Below are positions 37,936 to 51,598 of a stretch of DNA of 64,000 bases, piece after piece. Source of the DNA: Gnetum montanum (Eukaryota > Plantae > Gnetophyta). Each line of letters starts with the position of its first letter. The stretch's first letter is position 1. The stretch spans positions 392,090-456,089 of the forward strand of contig MNCI01001040.1 in NCBI GenBank assembly GCA_015680685.1, given 5' to 3'. The notes beneath the pieces were generated by a model. It did no database searches and was not told the origin of the DNA. It saw only the letters and a list, made by a program, of their open reading frames with translations. Both the position numbers and the translations under genes were made by a program.

Positions 37936-39469
37936 TAAAAATTTTCAAACATCAATATCTCAAAAAATATAATGAATTTTTCAATGAAATTGGGGTCTAT
38001 GGAACCTCAAAAAATCTAAGAATATGATGAAATCATTGAAGGGGATCTTTGAAAGCTTAAAAATTAAAAAATTTTATGGATAATGTATTTAATGAAAAAA
38101 ATTTGTGAAGGAACACATGTGTGATGCAAAAGATGGATGTATGAAAGATTCGATTTGCAAAAATGTAGAAGGATAAGGTGCTTAATGAACCTGGCCAAGA
38201 GATATGCAAGTGGATCCTTCCCATAGTAGGCACATGCCTTTTTTCCCTTTTCATAACCTCAACCTAAGGATTCTGTAGGCCCCATAGGTGACTAATGGTC
38301 AATAGAAGTTGAGAACCAAAACTTGAAAGATTCTACCTAAGAATTCAAATACATCAAACAAAGACATAGAATCAAGAACATGGATACCACTAGTAAGGTA
38401 AATTATGGTTAGCATAGATGGATAATAGAGAAGGTGGAATGGAATTCCAACTAAGGTCATAAGAAGTTCCCTATGGATTTTATGTTTAAAATGATCAAAA
38501 AAGATCCATCCTTAGTCCAAACTAAAACCAACCTCCTTCAGTGACTTTGGATCACAACTCCAAGACCAATCCACCCCCTCATGATACAAGAGTGCTCCCA
38601 TACAACAACCATTAATTCATAAAGAGAAGAAAAAAGAAGTAGAAAGTGAGATAGGACCTTAGTTAGAGGGGACCTTTAGGCATGGGTGTAGGTCTTTCTA
38701 GTCTCATAACCAGTGCTTGTAGCCTGCTTATTTGTCTAAGGGGTATGCTTTGAATTTCCATCATGTTTTTTTCTTTTTTATATTTTTTATATTGTTTATT
38801 TTTTTTCTTTTTAGGATTTTTGAATGGGAACCACACCATGCAAAGACTTTATTTAACTTCCTATTAGTGGTTGGAATGGAATGTTAAGAACTCCATGAAA
38901 AACACTCAAGCACTCAAGTAAATAGAAGAGTACAAAGAGTACTAAGTTCCCATGAAGTCACACCCTATTCAAACCTTTGAATCTTTTCCAATTTCAAAAA
39001 TTACCGAGGTCATAAATTTATTAAAAATTTCTTTAATGAAAGGGACCTCAAACTTCCAAAACAAGGAAAACCATAGAGTTTGTGAACTCATTACCTGTTC
39101 CATGAAGAAGAGACCATGACTGAGTCATCGATACAAAAATTCACAAATAGAAACCAGATGTTAACAAACCAAAAACATAAAGCACAAACCACCATTAGTA
39201 ATAGTTATAGCACCACTATGTCCTATTGGAAATAAAGCACTTTTATTAGCAAAAATTTGAAAATCACACAAACAAAACAAAGTAAAATACATAAGAAATT
39301 GTAAAATATCCAATAAATATTTAAACATACTAATGATTGTGTAAAATAAAAAATGATGTAAAAAAAACTTTTGAAAATCAAAAAGTTGTAAAATAAATAA
39401 ATTGCAAAATCAAAAACATGAAAAAACCAAAAACAAAAAAACTGAGAAGCCATATGAATGATTAGCATG

Positions 39470-41860
39470 GATGGCCATCTCCTCCATGACTGAGTTGAAA
39501 GGATGACATCTGAAAAATTAAACGTGTTTGTTCATCCATTGAGGTATTTGTTGCACTAGCTTGATTTGGCTCATGGAAAAGCTTCACTTGTTGTATGTTG
39601 ATCAACTACTTTTTATTTAGACTCTTAGGCTTCTATATAATCCTGGTCCCATAAGAAAAGATACCATCAATTATGTAAAGTCCTTCCCACAATGTTTGAA
39701 ATTTTGTTTTCTAAGGTACACATGTGGGATTCTAGTAAAGAACCTTATCTCCTAATTGAAATTTCACTCTTTGTATTCTTTGGTTATGTTATTGTTTATT
39801 AAATGCCTTATGCACTTCATTCGAAGATAGGGCCACCAATTGATTTTCATCTAGCACATTAAGGTCGATCAATCTTTCTTTTTAGGCTAGACTTAGGTCA
39901 AAATTTAGGTCATAGGCTATTATGAGTGTACAAATCTTGAATTGAACTAAAAGTATTGGAAGTTTTCCATACACTAACTCATAGGAAGAGTAGCAAATAG
40001 GAAGTTTTCCATACACTAACTCATAGGAAGAGTAGCAAATAGGAAGTTTCCATGTTAAGAAGTAGGCCCAAAGGGCATCATTGAGTTTTGTGCTCCAATC
40101 TCTCCTATATTTAGTTATGGTTCTTGTTAAGATCTCTGTGAACTCTCGGTTAGTTACCTCTACTTGACCATTAGCTTGGGGATGATAGGGTGTTGTTAAT
40201 TTATGTTCAACCCCCAAGCATTGCATCAACTTTCTAAAAGTGGCACCTCTAAAATGAGTTCCATTGTTAGAAAGAAATGCCCATGGCATCCCAAACTTGT
40301 TTACAACATTTTTGTTATACAAATATAGCAACAGTGAATGATGTAAAATTAGTGACGACTATTTCTTATGCCCATTTGGTGTAGTAGTTCACTACTACAA
40401 TGATGTATGCATTTCTATTGGGCATGGATGTGATGAGACCCATGAAGTCTATGCTCCATATGTCAAAGAGCTCTAGTGGCTAAATCCATGGTTTAGGACC
40501 CTCCATTCGAGTAGTCATCCCAAAATCTCTTTAACAACACCCACAAGATCAAACAAATTAGTGGATGTCCCTAAATATTGTAGGCCAATAGTATCCTACC
40601 ATCAAGATTTTTATGCCCATGTGTCTCCTTGCATAGTGGCCTCTACAAGGACCTTCATGAGCATCTTTGGAAAATGTACAATTGATCAACATCAAGGAAA
40701 CAACAATGAACCAAGCTATTAGCACACACCTTGTAAAGGTGTCCATTGATTTCTATGAAGTACTTTGCATGATGAAGAAATTGTTGTTTCTTCCTAAAGT
40801 CTAGATATTATAGCATCTCCTAAGTAAGAAGGTAAGTCACAATGCCATCATACCATTTTGGTTCAGTAGGCACTTGGTCATTTATTACTCCTGTAAAGAG
40901 TTCATTTGGAAATTGATTAGAGAGTGGACTATCCTCCTCTTTATTATCCCATCTTAATCAAGAGAGGTGGTCATCGACCACATTCTCAATCCCTTTCTAA
41001 TCTACCATTGTAAAATCAAATTCATGTATGATCATAAGCCATCATATGATATGAGGGCTCATCATTGACTTGTTCATCAAGAAGCAGATGGCACTTTGGT
41101 CTATATGCACAAATATTTTATAACCAAGCATATAGTACCTAAAATTTTCAAGAGCATACACCACTGCCATTAGTTCTTTTTCAGTTTTGGTGTAATTCAA
41201 CATTTTTTATCATCCAACTTTGTAAGTACAACTCCTAAATCATAATTAGATACATTTACCATTATGTGAAATGGTCTAGACTAGTCTAGTGCTCATAGAA
41301 TCAGAGTCTCTACAAGCTTTTCCTTTAGTAGTTGGAATGCATGTTTGCACTCCTTAGTCTAGATGAATGGAGCATCTTTCTTCATAAACTTGACCAACAA
41401 CTTTGTGATCTTAGAGAAATTCTCTATGAATCATTAGTAGTAGCCACTATGTCCAAGGAATTATCAGACATCTTTTACTATCTCTAGTTAGCATGTGATT
41501 CATTAGATGATTCTTACCTTTTTAGGGTCTACCTCAATCCTTTCTTGAGTAATTCTATGCCCTAATACTATGCCTTCATGGACCATTAAATTTCTTTTCT
41601 ACCAATTGAGCCTAAGGTTTTTTTCAACACATCTTTTTAATACCTACTCAAGGTTGTCTAGGGTTGACTTAAATGTAGCCCCATAGGTAAAGAAGTCATC
41701 CATGAAGACTTCTACCCTACTACCAATTTTCTTTTGGAAAATACTAAGGACCAAGCATTGAGATGTTACAATAGCATTGCACAAACTAAACAACATCTTA
41801 CAATATGCAAACATCCCCCATGAACTTGTGAATGTTGTCTTAGCCTAATCTTGCTTGAAA
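39470..41860 (-). pseudogene. pol: Athila pol (partial RT, RNase H, integrase); RT N-terminus deleted
   Basis: KTTFTSSWG, VEVFMDDF (~41690-41715), HEGPCRGH..GYYWPTIFRD, SNNGTHF..TPYHPQANGQVEVTNRE..LNDALWAY. Confidence 0.92.
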
Positions 41861-42099
41861 TTATCAAGGATTTCCAACTCTTCCCAACAGGTATCATCAT
41901 CTTCGTCATTGGAGAGTTGGTGATGAACTTGCTCAAGTTCATTCATGAACATAGGTGCATGTCAAGTGCTCAGTAGGTTCCATGCATAGTGTTCTACTAT
42001 TAGAGTTAGTTGTTAGCCATTAGATGCCCTCTCATTTTCTAGCTGCTACATACATGGACCTTTAAAAATCTATTTCATGTGCACGCTAATTACATGCTT

Positions 42100-42713
42100 T
42101 GAGGAATGTACTTTTGATGGACCAAATTTTCTACATGCAATTGCACTTGCTATTGTTGTATGTCATGCATAGAACACATTTCTTCTCTAGCCTTCCAAAT
42201 TTATTTTCCTTGAATATTTCCAAGGGAAGGTCCCTAATGCCCATTTGTGCATCAATTGTGCTTAACCATGCCCTTCCCATAATGATGGGAAAGTCACCTT
42301 TGCATTTTTATACCTTTATCACCAAAAAAATCAATAGGATAGGATCACCCACTAACTATGGTCACAATGTCCTCCACTAGTCTCAAAGTAATAGTGATTG
42401 TTTGATCTGCCAATTCTAAATGAATGTTTTTCTTCTTGAGAGGTAGTAGGTTCCAAGCCTTGTACATGTCATGGAAGATGGGATTGACACTAGAACCAGA
42501 ATCAAAAAGAGCCTTACATGGCTCATGTCTAGCAATTTGTAAGTAAATAAAAGGACTTCCTAGGTAATACCTTTTCATGAGAATATTGCCAACCTTGATC
42601 CAATTGGAAGCAACATGAGTAGCATTACAGTGCAAATCTAAGGTGGCACTTGGTTTGAAAGGTACTCGAATGTATTTGATGTAGAGGATGAGGGTGTTGG
42701 AGATACAAGGCAA
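42100..42713 (-). pseudogene. Athila aspartic protease remnant
   Basis: GSPFI..KALFDSGSSVNPI..LELADQT and downstream PIIMGRAWL. Confidence 0.85.
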
Positions 42714-42719
42714 CTAACT

Positions 42720-45010
42720 AGATTAGGTTGCTAGGATTTGGAAGGATTGTTAGATCAAAAAATTTATGTTTCCTAAATCAATTGTCTAAACCACTTGGTT
42801 GAAAAGCTGATTATGAATGTACAACCCTTGTAGCATTTTGTTGTTGTGGCTATGGAAGAATTTCACCCTGCATAGATGGAATAATAGGTAACTAGGTTAA
42901 GGGTGGAGAGATTTGTGTAGATAGATTCAAAGGATGGTAAGGATATTTTTTTTTCTCTCGAGTAGATGGTGAATGAGTTTGATAGTACTCTAGAGGGTAA
43001 TAGTGATGCTGAAATGAGGCGTCGCTTGTAGAACTTCTTGGAAAAATGGGTTGCTGAACATAGTACCTGTATGGATTTGTTACCTATAAGGGTACTATTG
43101 CCTTGGTGGTGGCATTCCCAATTATTGTAGTTTGTTCCACTATTGATATTGTTCATATGATTATGGTGGAGCTCCACTTGGATAGTAAGCCTATTTTTGC
43201 TAGTGGAACTACCTTGGATTACCTTGAGGATAAGGCAATCATCTAAGTGCTTACCTTTGTGCTAATCAAATATTCAATGCATACATCCCAAACTCTTGTA
43301 AATGTGAGAACACAAGAAAAAATCCCTTAGGATGTTCATATTAACAAATTTCATAACCAACATCATCATCAATGTCTATCTCCACAACTTCTTCTACTAC
43401 AATAGCTTTGCCCTTACCTCTTTGGTAGGCATGTTCAACTTCTTTCCATATCCTATGGTTATGATCACTATTTTTCTCTTTAGATTCTTTAGAAATCTTC
43501 ATATTATTTTGGAATTTTTTGTCCAAAGAATCCCATAATTTGTCAACCTTTGTCAAAATATTAGAAACAAATTTTTTCATGGGCAAAGTTTTCTTAGTCA
43601 CCACTTCGTCAAGTGGTGACTCCTCATCACAAAATCAGACCTCTATTTTTATAATGGAAGGATTCCTATTATATTCTTCTAAACTTTTCATTTTTTCAAC
43701 TCCCCCTCTTCTTTTAAAACCTATTCTATTAGCCTTTTTATTTGATGAGCTCTTAATTCGAATAATCTCCCTCTAGTTTTAAGCCAAAAAACTCTTTTGG
43801 TTTTTTCTTTAAGCCCATCTATAATGTGGTAGAGTTTTTCCCTTTGAAAATAACCATGGCTAGGGCATCAATGTAAAAGAGAATAGTATCTACCCATGGT
43901 GGCATCCAAGGGTTCATGTATTCTGTATTTCCAACCTTGGATTTGCCTTCTCAAATTAGACACTTTGCAGTATGTTTGATATATGTCATTAAATAGCTCA
44001 AGCATTGTACTCCATTGGTGAATAGATTCCAACTCCAAGGACTAGTACTAGCTTTTAGCTTCTTTAATGAATGTTTTGAGGAATAGCTTCAATTTTTACC
44101 AATCATTTTCAATGTTTTGTAATGCACAAGCATCATGAAAAGCTTCTAGATGTGTCTATGGATCAGAGTTACATCCCGCCTCAAATCTTGGGATATTGTC
44201 CATGTCTAAGTACTTGATTCAACTATCCTTTACATGCCTAGTTGGGATCTTAACTACCTCTAAAATGTTAAGCATGCTTCAACTTGCTAAACAAGGCTCA
44301 TCATCATCATAATTTCATTTTCATCAATGATGTCCTCGATTACCCCTTTGATTATTGTGGCATGGCAATTAGTATTATTGCCTCAATGCTCACCTTTATC
44401 ATGATTGTTCTTTCTATGGCATCTTTTAGAATTAGCAAAGGAAGAAGAAGAAAATGTAGATGAAAAGGGGGTTGAGGGAGGATGACTACCTCCATCAAGA
44501 AATCTACCAACTTCCTATTGGGAATTACTACCACATTCATTATTTTTTGTATCATCTTAATGCTTATTCAATCCCTTACCCTGACTACCATCTTTCCTTG
44601 AACCTAAATTATGGATTGTAGACTGCAGATTCAAGGTCACACCCACATCACTAGTAACAAAGGGTAGAGAATCTTCATGTTGAGAGCCCTTAGAGGCAAG
44701 GTTCTCATTGTTATCTTGGTTTAATAGGAACAAGGGATTAGTGAACCATTTTCCCTTAGCATCCTCATGATGCCTCTCCTAATGTCAATCTTTCCTGCGT
44801 TGTGTTTTAGTGGGATGGTAGTCTCAATAGTCATAGTCTTGCATGACATATTCTTCCTAAAGATCGTGAATGCCTAACTTCTTAAGAGTTTGATGCAACA
44901 TCACTAGCACAAATTGATCAGGGGCCATTACAATGTTGCCCTCCATATCATGCCATCACAGTTGCTCATCCTCATGTAGGATGAAGGTGAAGTCCATCAT
45001 ATACTCATCT
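42720..45010 (-). pseudogene. gag: Athila gag remnant
   Basis: DNIPRFEAGCNSDP*THLEAFHDAC (~44130-44205) matches the Athila-type gag motif; lies between PBS and protease. Boundaries approximate. Confidence 0.7.
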
Positions 45011-45214
45011 GGATGAATATATATCACTTTGCACTCTTGTGGAACCAACGATTTTGTATCATTTCACCTTTGAGAAGAAGACATTTAGCAAATAATAAAA
45101 TATCAGTATGCTCTTGTAGTTATGTTATTTGGAAATGATGTTGACCTTGGGGTTTGTCCAATGATATTAATAATATCAACTAAACCTAGATAGCACACAT
45201 TTCAACAAAAGAAG

Positions 45215-45232
45215 TCCCTAGCAACAGCACCA
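45215..45232 (-). promoter_or_regulatory. Athila PBS (tRNA-Asp type)
   Basis: Minus strand tggtgctgttgctaggga is a transition-decayed TGGCGCCGTTGCCGGGGA, 1 nt from the LTR. Confidence 0.85.
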
Positions 45233-45233
45233 A

Positions 45234-46189
45234 TGATGAGCAGTGAAGGTACCCCTCCATCCAGCCATACTAATCATGAAGCATTCAAGCACGATCTATT
45301 TGAATTTTATGGACTCTGTAGTTTCTAGTGCACTAGTCTTCTAGGAAATGAATCTTGCCCTAAGGTTATTCATTATCTTCCCAATTACACTTGTGAAGTA
45401 CAAAGCTATGGTTAAGTGTAATTAAGGCATATGATTTTTGTCATTTTATGTTTTATGTTCTTTGGTGCTTGAATAGAGAGATAAAGTAATTTAATGACTA
45501 ATTCAATCTAACTAACTAATTGATCTCTAGCTAATCCTAACATAAGCATCCGATTTCACTTTTTGTACATATTCTAAACCCATGTATCCACTGATGGGTT
45601 ACTAAATGCTACACTGTTGGGCACACCAAGCAATAACACTGCTAGGATTACTAAGCAAATACATGTTTATGCTTGAAGTGGTTGTACTTATGTACTTAAT
45701 CTATTTAGCTTAATTGATTAAATTCTAATTTAGCTTAATCTAGCTTAATTAATTGAATATTTAATAAAACAATAAATGCATAAATAAAACATTTAAGTTA
45801 TCCAAAATTCTACAAGTTTTATCAAGAAGCTTGTCTTTATTTCCATACACACTGGTGTGGTTCAAGCACAATAGTGCTCAAATAAAGATCCATACTCTCA
45901 ATGACTCCTACTATGAGACCTCAAGAAAAATATTCCAACTTTCAAATAGACAAACTGCAAGAGCTTTGCTAATATAATGAATCTGATGCCCATAAACATA
46001 GCTAGGAACTCGTATTTATAGTTTTTGCTCTAGGGCTATGTCAAGAAGATCCCATCCACATACCAAACACAACATTGATGTAGCCCCATCGATAAGGAAA
46101 CACCATGTAAATGGTGCCCTATTGATGGGGGCCTATCAATGAGGCTACGTCAACGAGGGCCCATCGATGCGACACATTGACGCTCAACA
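45234..46189 (-). repeat. 5' LTR of the Athila element
   Basis: Direct repeat of 10096-11046; flanked by PBS and TSD. Confidence 0.93.
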
Positions 46190-47250
46190 ATTACTGACCT
46201 CAAGAAGAATTGTCAATAGGATAGAGTTAAGCTTCCTTTCGTTTGGGTACACATATGAAGATAATGATGGAAGATTCATAATACTATCAATGGCTATAAG
46301 AAAAAAGGACATCTTGTTATTACTAAAATTTATGGATATCTATTGTGTTATAGGTATAAATAGTCAAAACAACTACACACCATACTACATTTATGTCATT
46401 TATTACTTAAAGGAATACATATTAAAATAGGTAAGAAACCTTTATGGAATTTAGCGTATTTATTATATCATATTCTACCTAAATAAAGGTGTTTCAGTTA
46501 TGTTTTGAAAGAAAAATATTATTAAAAAAACTTGTTTGAACCATTCAAGCTATGAGAATCTATGAATAAATCTTTGAATTTTCCTTTAGGAGAACCAAAG
46601 ATGTTGGAACCAATATTTGATCAATTTGAGTACATATCAATTATTATTGATTACATTGGATCCCACATAAAGGCATGGGAAGAGATGATAAATGGCTTTC
46701 AGAATGATAATAAGTTATAACGGAGATAGAAGATTGATTACTAGAAAGAAGTTTCAATAAATTTACATGTGATTCATGAGATAATGATAAGTACAAATAT
46801 AATTATGTAGAACTTCTTGCCATGAACTATTCAAGGAGAAATTGTAGAACTAATATGAAAAAATGAAGAAATTCAAGTGGATTAAAAAAAAAGATTCATA
46901 TGTTGGCCTAAGAAGAAAGAAGCAAAAGAGTCCATTTAATCCATTTCATAATCTCAAGATTGGAATAATGGTGTTAATAAAGCGTTGAGAAGGAAATAAA
47001 AATGACATTATGCTAGTGGGTAGGGCCATGAATATAAATTTATTAGGAGATAGGATTAATCAGATAGTTGTGGATTAGCTTAGAATAAAATCGACAGTTA
47101 AGAAAATTGGATTAATTACAAGGGAATATATAATCCAAAAGATATTGAGGTTATAAAAAAATAGTATAGCTTTGTGGTTTACACATGGATCAACAAAACA
47201 AAACATGAGAGAAATCTAAGGCTAAATACCAAAGCAAAAGTAGCAATCAA
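46190..47250 (+). pseudogene. DUF7869/Sola-like transposase remnant, 3' fragment
   Basis: LLTSRRIVNRIELSFLSFGYTYEDNDGRF is a decayed ..IELSFLxxGHTHEDIDxxF. 3' boundary approximate. Confidence 0.7.
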
Positions 47251-48986
47251 GGATATTTTATGATGGAATGAGAAGGAGAGTGAACAACCTATGCATCAAA
47301 ATCCATAGTAGCAACTTCATGTTCAAAGTCATTCGCTTGAAATGTCATATGATTAACCTATCAAGATATTTTTGTAATGTTTTCATGCTAAAATGTTCAG
47401 ACTTATTATTTTTACCTTTGAGCAAACATCATAAAAAGGAAAATATACTACCATATATCTTTCTAGATAGTTGAAACTCAATGTCTAATATTTTTTGATT
47501 TTATTATAGTGATTCTATATGAAATAATTAACAAAAACAAAATTAGTAACAAGAAGAATTTATAATACTATACTATGATTAATTTGAAAAGCATAAAAAA
47601 TATATATTTTGAATTGTACCTTGCATATTAAACTTTCCTTACACTCCACAAGAAAAAGTACATATCTTTACTTATTTAAAGTTGTTAGTATAGTACATGT
47701 TCTAAAAATATAAAATCTAACAAAAACTTTAAGAACAACACACTGTAATCTATCATTCATATAACTCATGACTTTAAAACTTATACTTCTAATAATAATG
47801 TCCAAATATCACATGTGAAGTTTTAACTTATTATTATGAGAAATACACATTTAAAAAATAGGAAAACAACAAATAAACTAAATTAAATGATTTAAAAGAT
47901 GAATTTCTACTTGTTGCATGTTATTATTCTTAAAGCATGAAAAAATGTTAGGTAACATTGTAATCATGGGTGAGAATTAAGTTATGGTAATGCTAGGCAT
48001 TATGTTGATAATGAGTATTTAATCTAATAAGATAAGTTGTTATTCATTCTAATAATTCCAAATCTAATTGTTTTATTGCTAAACATATGTTCAAAAATAA
48101 TGGAGGTAGTAAGATACTTAAATTAATATGGATACTAAACATGATTTTATTTCAAAAGAAATTCAATAAAAAATTGTAAATGGTGGTAAATTAAGATTTG
48201 GTTTGAATTTAGATTTTTTCCAAAAAAAGACATGTAACTAAACTATGAAAATTTAAAAAGTTAGACCTATGATTACTTTTCATTTTTTTTTTATCTTTAA
48301 AACATATAGTGAAACTACAACTACAGTTTCAAATTTACTAATAACACTTTCAGATCTACATAAAATACAAAAAATAGAGGTAGAAATATTAAAAATTTCT
48401 AGTTTACTCAAGGATAGCTTTAAAACAATGCAAAAAAATCCACTCATAAAATTTATTAGTAATTTTTCAAATAAACAAAATTTGTTGTAATAGATTGGTT
48501 TCAAAGCTCAAAGTTAAAAAGATTGAAGAAATCTATACTACAAAAAGAAAAGTTGGTATAGCTACCTACAATAAATAAAAATTAAATAGAAAACCTAAAA
48601 TGATAAACCAAAACTTTAAAAAATCCTAGAAATCTAACAACAAACTATATTAAAATAAAGAAATTTGGTACATTTGTGTGCAATAATTAACTTACAAGAT
48701 ACACCATATAGAATTCTCACTAGGTAAAGTTTTCAAGCAAAGGTCGATGTAAGACTGAGATAAATTTCCTAACAAAAGAATGCTAAATTAGTGTAAGGCA
48801 AAAAATGCAAATATGAAAATGTCAATGTATACATAAAATGGAGCATAGGAAACTCATAAAACACTAAATTCATGGGCAAGCAAAACATGGAATATGCAGT
48901 TAAACTTTTGTTTAATATCTTAATCTTATAAACTTGTAATATCTTTTAAGGTTGTAATGTAAAATAGCATTTTATAAACTCTTTTG

Positions 48987-49018
<32 letters not shown>
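48987..49018 (+). repeat. Compound microsatellite (AT)7(AG)9
   Basis: Directly visible. Confidence 0.9.
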
Positions 49019-49344
49019 GTTTCTATAAACTTGCAAACACCTCTTCTAAAGTACAAGTTTCACATGTTATGTTTGTTTAACTTAACAATAACACCTCAAA
49101 TCTTTTAATTTTTTATGTGCATGATACAGTAGCACTTTTAGGACATATGTTCAAATTTGCACATCATATAACCACTTAGAGTAATGGTTAGGTACTTGTT
49201 TCTTAAGTCCTTAGACCTAGGTCCAACCCTAGAGCAACCACTCAAAAGAGGATACGCTTTTGCTTAGTCTCTAGGTGATGATCCTTTATAATTAATTATA
49301 CATTTGTCAAAAGATTTTCCTTTCTTCATTTTTTCTAAACAATT

Positions 49345-49620
49345 AGGTGTTATCCTAGTAGCAAGACTCCTAATTTGGAAACTCTAAGTCATGAGTTTAA
49401 TTCTACTAGGTAATGCTAAGTTATAAAGTTCTATGTGGACTATATATCTTGGAGTGTACTTATGATTTAATTATTTTATGTTTCAACACCATCCAAAAGA
49501 TGTTGTCATCCTAGTTGTAAGACACTTGATTTGGAAGCTCCAAGTCATAGGTTTGATTCTAGTAGGAAATTCTTACTTATATAAAGTTCTAATTGGACTA
49601 TATATCTTAGGGTGTACCTA
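49345..49620 (+). repeat. Two diverged direct repeats (~120 bp, ~155-bp period) with tRNA-like A/B-box heads
   Basis: tcctagt..taagac..ttggaa.ctc.aagtcat..gtt(t)(a/g)attcta..ggactatatatctt occurs at 49345-49462 and 49500-49620. Confidence 0.65.
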
Positions 49621-50510
49621 TATTACACTTATTTTGAGTTCCAACACCCCAAAAGATTCTCATTTTTCTTCAATATATCTATATTTCTATCATAACTAGT
49701 GCTTGGAATACATGATTATATAAATTTTTTGTACTAACTCATGACATCACACATTAAATAAAAAATAGTACTAAAGAAAAATCATTTGTATATGAAAACT
49801 AAAATTTCCTTTGAATAAAGATTTGTGATTGCTAATAAAACAAATAATCATTTCTTAGGTTTAGCTACATATACTTTTTAAAACAAAATAACATTCTTCA
49901 ATAGTCTATATTTTAAGGTCTTTTTATGGCATAATTCTTGATATAGTAGTGTCATTTATTATGATACTTTATGTAGTCTCTTATGTATAAATAACAAGTT
50001 ATGGTATCTAATTTTAAATAGCATTTTCAAATTGACAACACCATTACAATAGCATATTAAGAGATTTGAATAATAATCACATTTCAATAATGGATACTCA
50101 AATATAGAATAAAATTGTTCTTTTAGATTAGGCATCATGAATAGTAATAATAAAACTATCAACCAAAATAATAACAAAAATCATGTTACATCTTTTAGAA
50201 TTCTACATATATATTATAGTTGGAAGGAGTTATCAATGAGTTGAAGCTTCCATGTGCTTTCAAATATCAAATGAAGATATTTAAGTTAAAAGAATTTACT
50301 ATATGAGGGATAATATATGCCTTCATTAGATGATTATCTAGTTGAAAGTCTTGTTTTTAACTTTGGACCTCCTTGTCTATAATGTAAAATATTATGCATC
50401 AATGACTTTGATTTAAAATAAGACTAAAATTTTTTATATAAGAATATTATATTTTTATCCAAAAATTAATGATATAGACAAGTAGAATCATACATACATA
50501 CTATGGCTCC

Positions 50511-51598
50511 TGTAAGGGTGGACGAAGGCAAACCTACCTTGACTTTCTCTAGATATTTCTACAGTGCCTTATTATATTTTTATTCATGTCTATGTTATAA
50601 TTGGTCCTGTACCTATCCCCACCAAAATAAACTACCTTATCCCTTTTTTAATTTTGGGTACTATGATAATATATAAGGATCTCAAAGGGAGCATCCAAAG
50701 AACCACATTTTTTTGAAGCATAAGCTTAAGAGTCATCTCCCTTCCTTTCTAAATTCTCCTTAAGGTTCAATCCTTTGAAGCTATGCTACCAATGGTCCAA
50801 GAGTCAATTTTTTGTTGGGGTCTTTCATGTTGAAGTTTTTCCCTAGGATAACTCTATGTCTTTTTTATTTTCTACAATTTCTTTTAAATTTAATATAATA
50901 TTGGTGCAAGCAACTAGGAATAAAAATTGGTATTGGAGCCAAGTTCCATGCACCACTATTTATTTTGTCAAGTAATTGTAGGAAAAAATCATGATCAACT
51001 CTCTGTCCAAAATTGAAATTGAAAATTTTAATGGGTCCAACTATGAATTATGGAAGACCAACATGGAGGCTCTCCTCATTGAAAAGGACTAGCATAGTGT
51101 AGTTTTAGGAGTAAAGCCAAATAAGATGTCTGATCAAGAGTGGGAAAAGTTGAACCTAAAGGTGATAAGTACAGTTCATTTATGTCTTTCAGATCTAGTA
51201 TTGCTTAATGTTTCTAATGTTTCTTCTACTAAATATTTATGAGATAAATTACAAACTTTGTATCAAACAAAGTCCCTAATCAATAAGTTGTTGTTGAAGA
51301 AAAAATTGTATGATTGTAAAATGGTTAAAGGTACTACCATTACAAAACACTTAAATGTATTTAATACAATGGTCCATCAATTGCAATCTATGGGGATGAA
51401 AATGGATGAGAGAGATCAATGCATCACACTTCTCAACACACTTCTAAATTCATTGGAGAGATTTGTGATGAATGTAAGTAATACGTCTACTAGCTTTATT
51501 TTTGATAATATTGTTGGTCAATTATTATCTAAGGAAGAAAGAAGGAAAAATTCTACTCCTCAAGATGATGTATTATTTATCAAAAATGATGTAAATTC
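50511..51598 (+). mobile_element. 5' end of a Ty1/copia LTR retrotransposon (LTR start uncertain, tRNA-iMet PBS, gag), truncated by the Tat-C insertion
   Basis: PBS tggtattggagcc 50928-50940 (decayed TGGTATCAGAGC), followed by copia gag. Confidence 0.75.
50991..51598 (+). pseudogene. gag: Ty1/copia gag (Tnt1-like), interrupted
   Basis: KIEIENFNGSNYELWKTNMEALL..; YQTKSLINKLLLKKKLY..M..GTTITKHLNVFN..LL..L..; in-frame stops. Confidence 0.85.

Larger units (their letters stand above)
10096..46189 (-). mobile_element. Athila-type Ty3/gypsy LTR retrotransposon (host of nested insertions)
   Basis: LTR pair 10096-11046 and 45234-46189; perfect 5-bp TSD ATTAC (10091-10095, 46190-46194); tRNA-Asp-type PBS 45215-45232; RT motif VEVFMDDF; no aRH seen. 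Confidence 0.93.
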
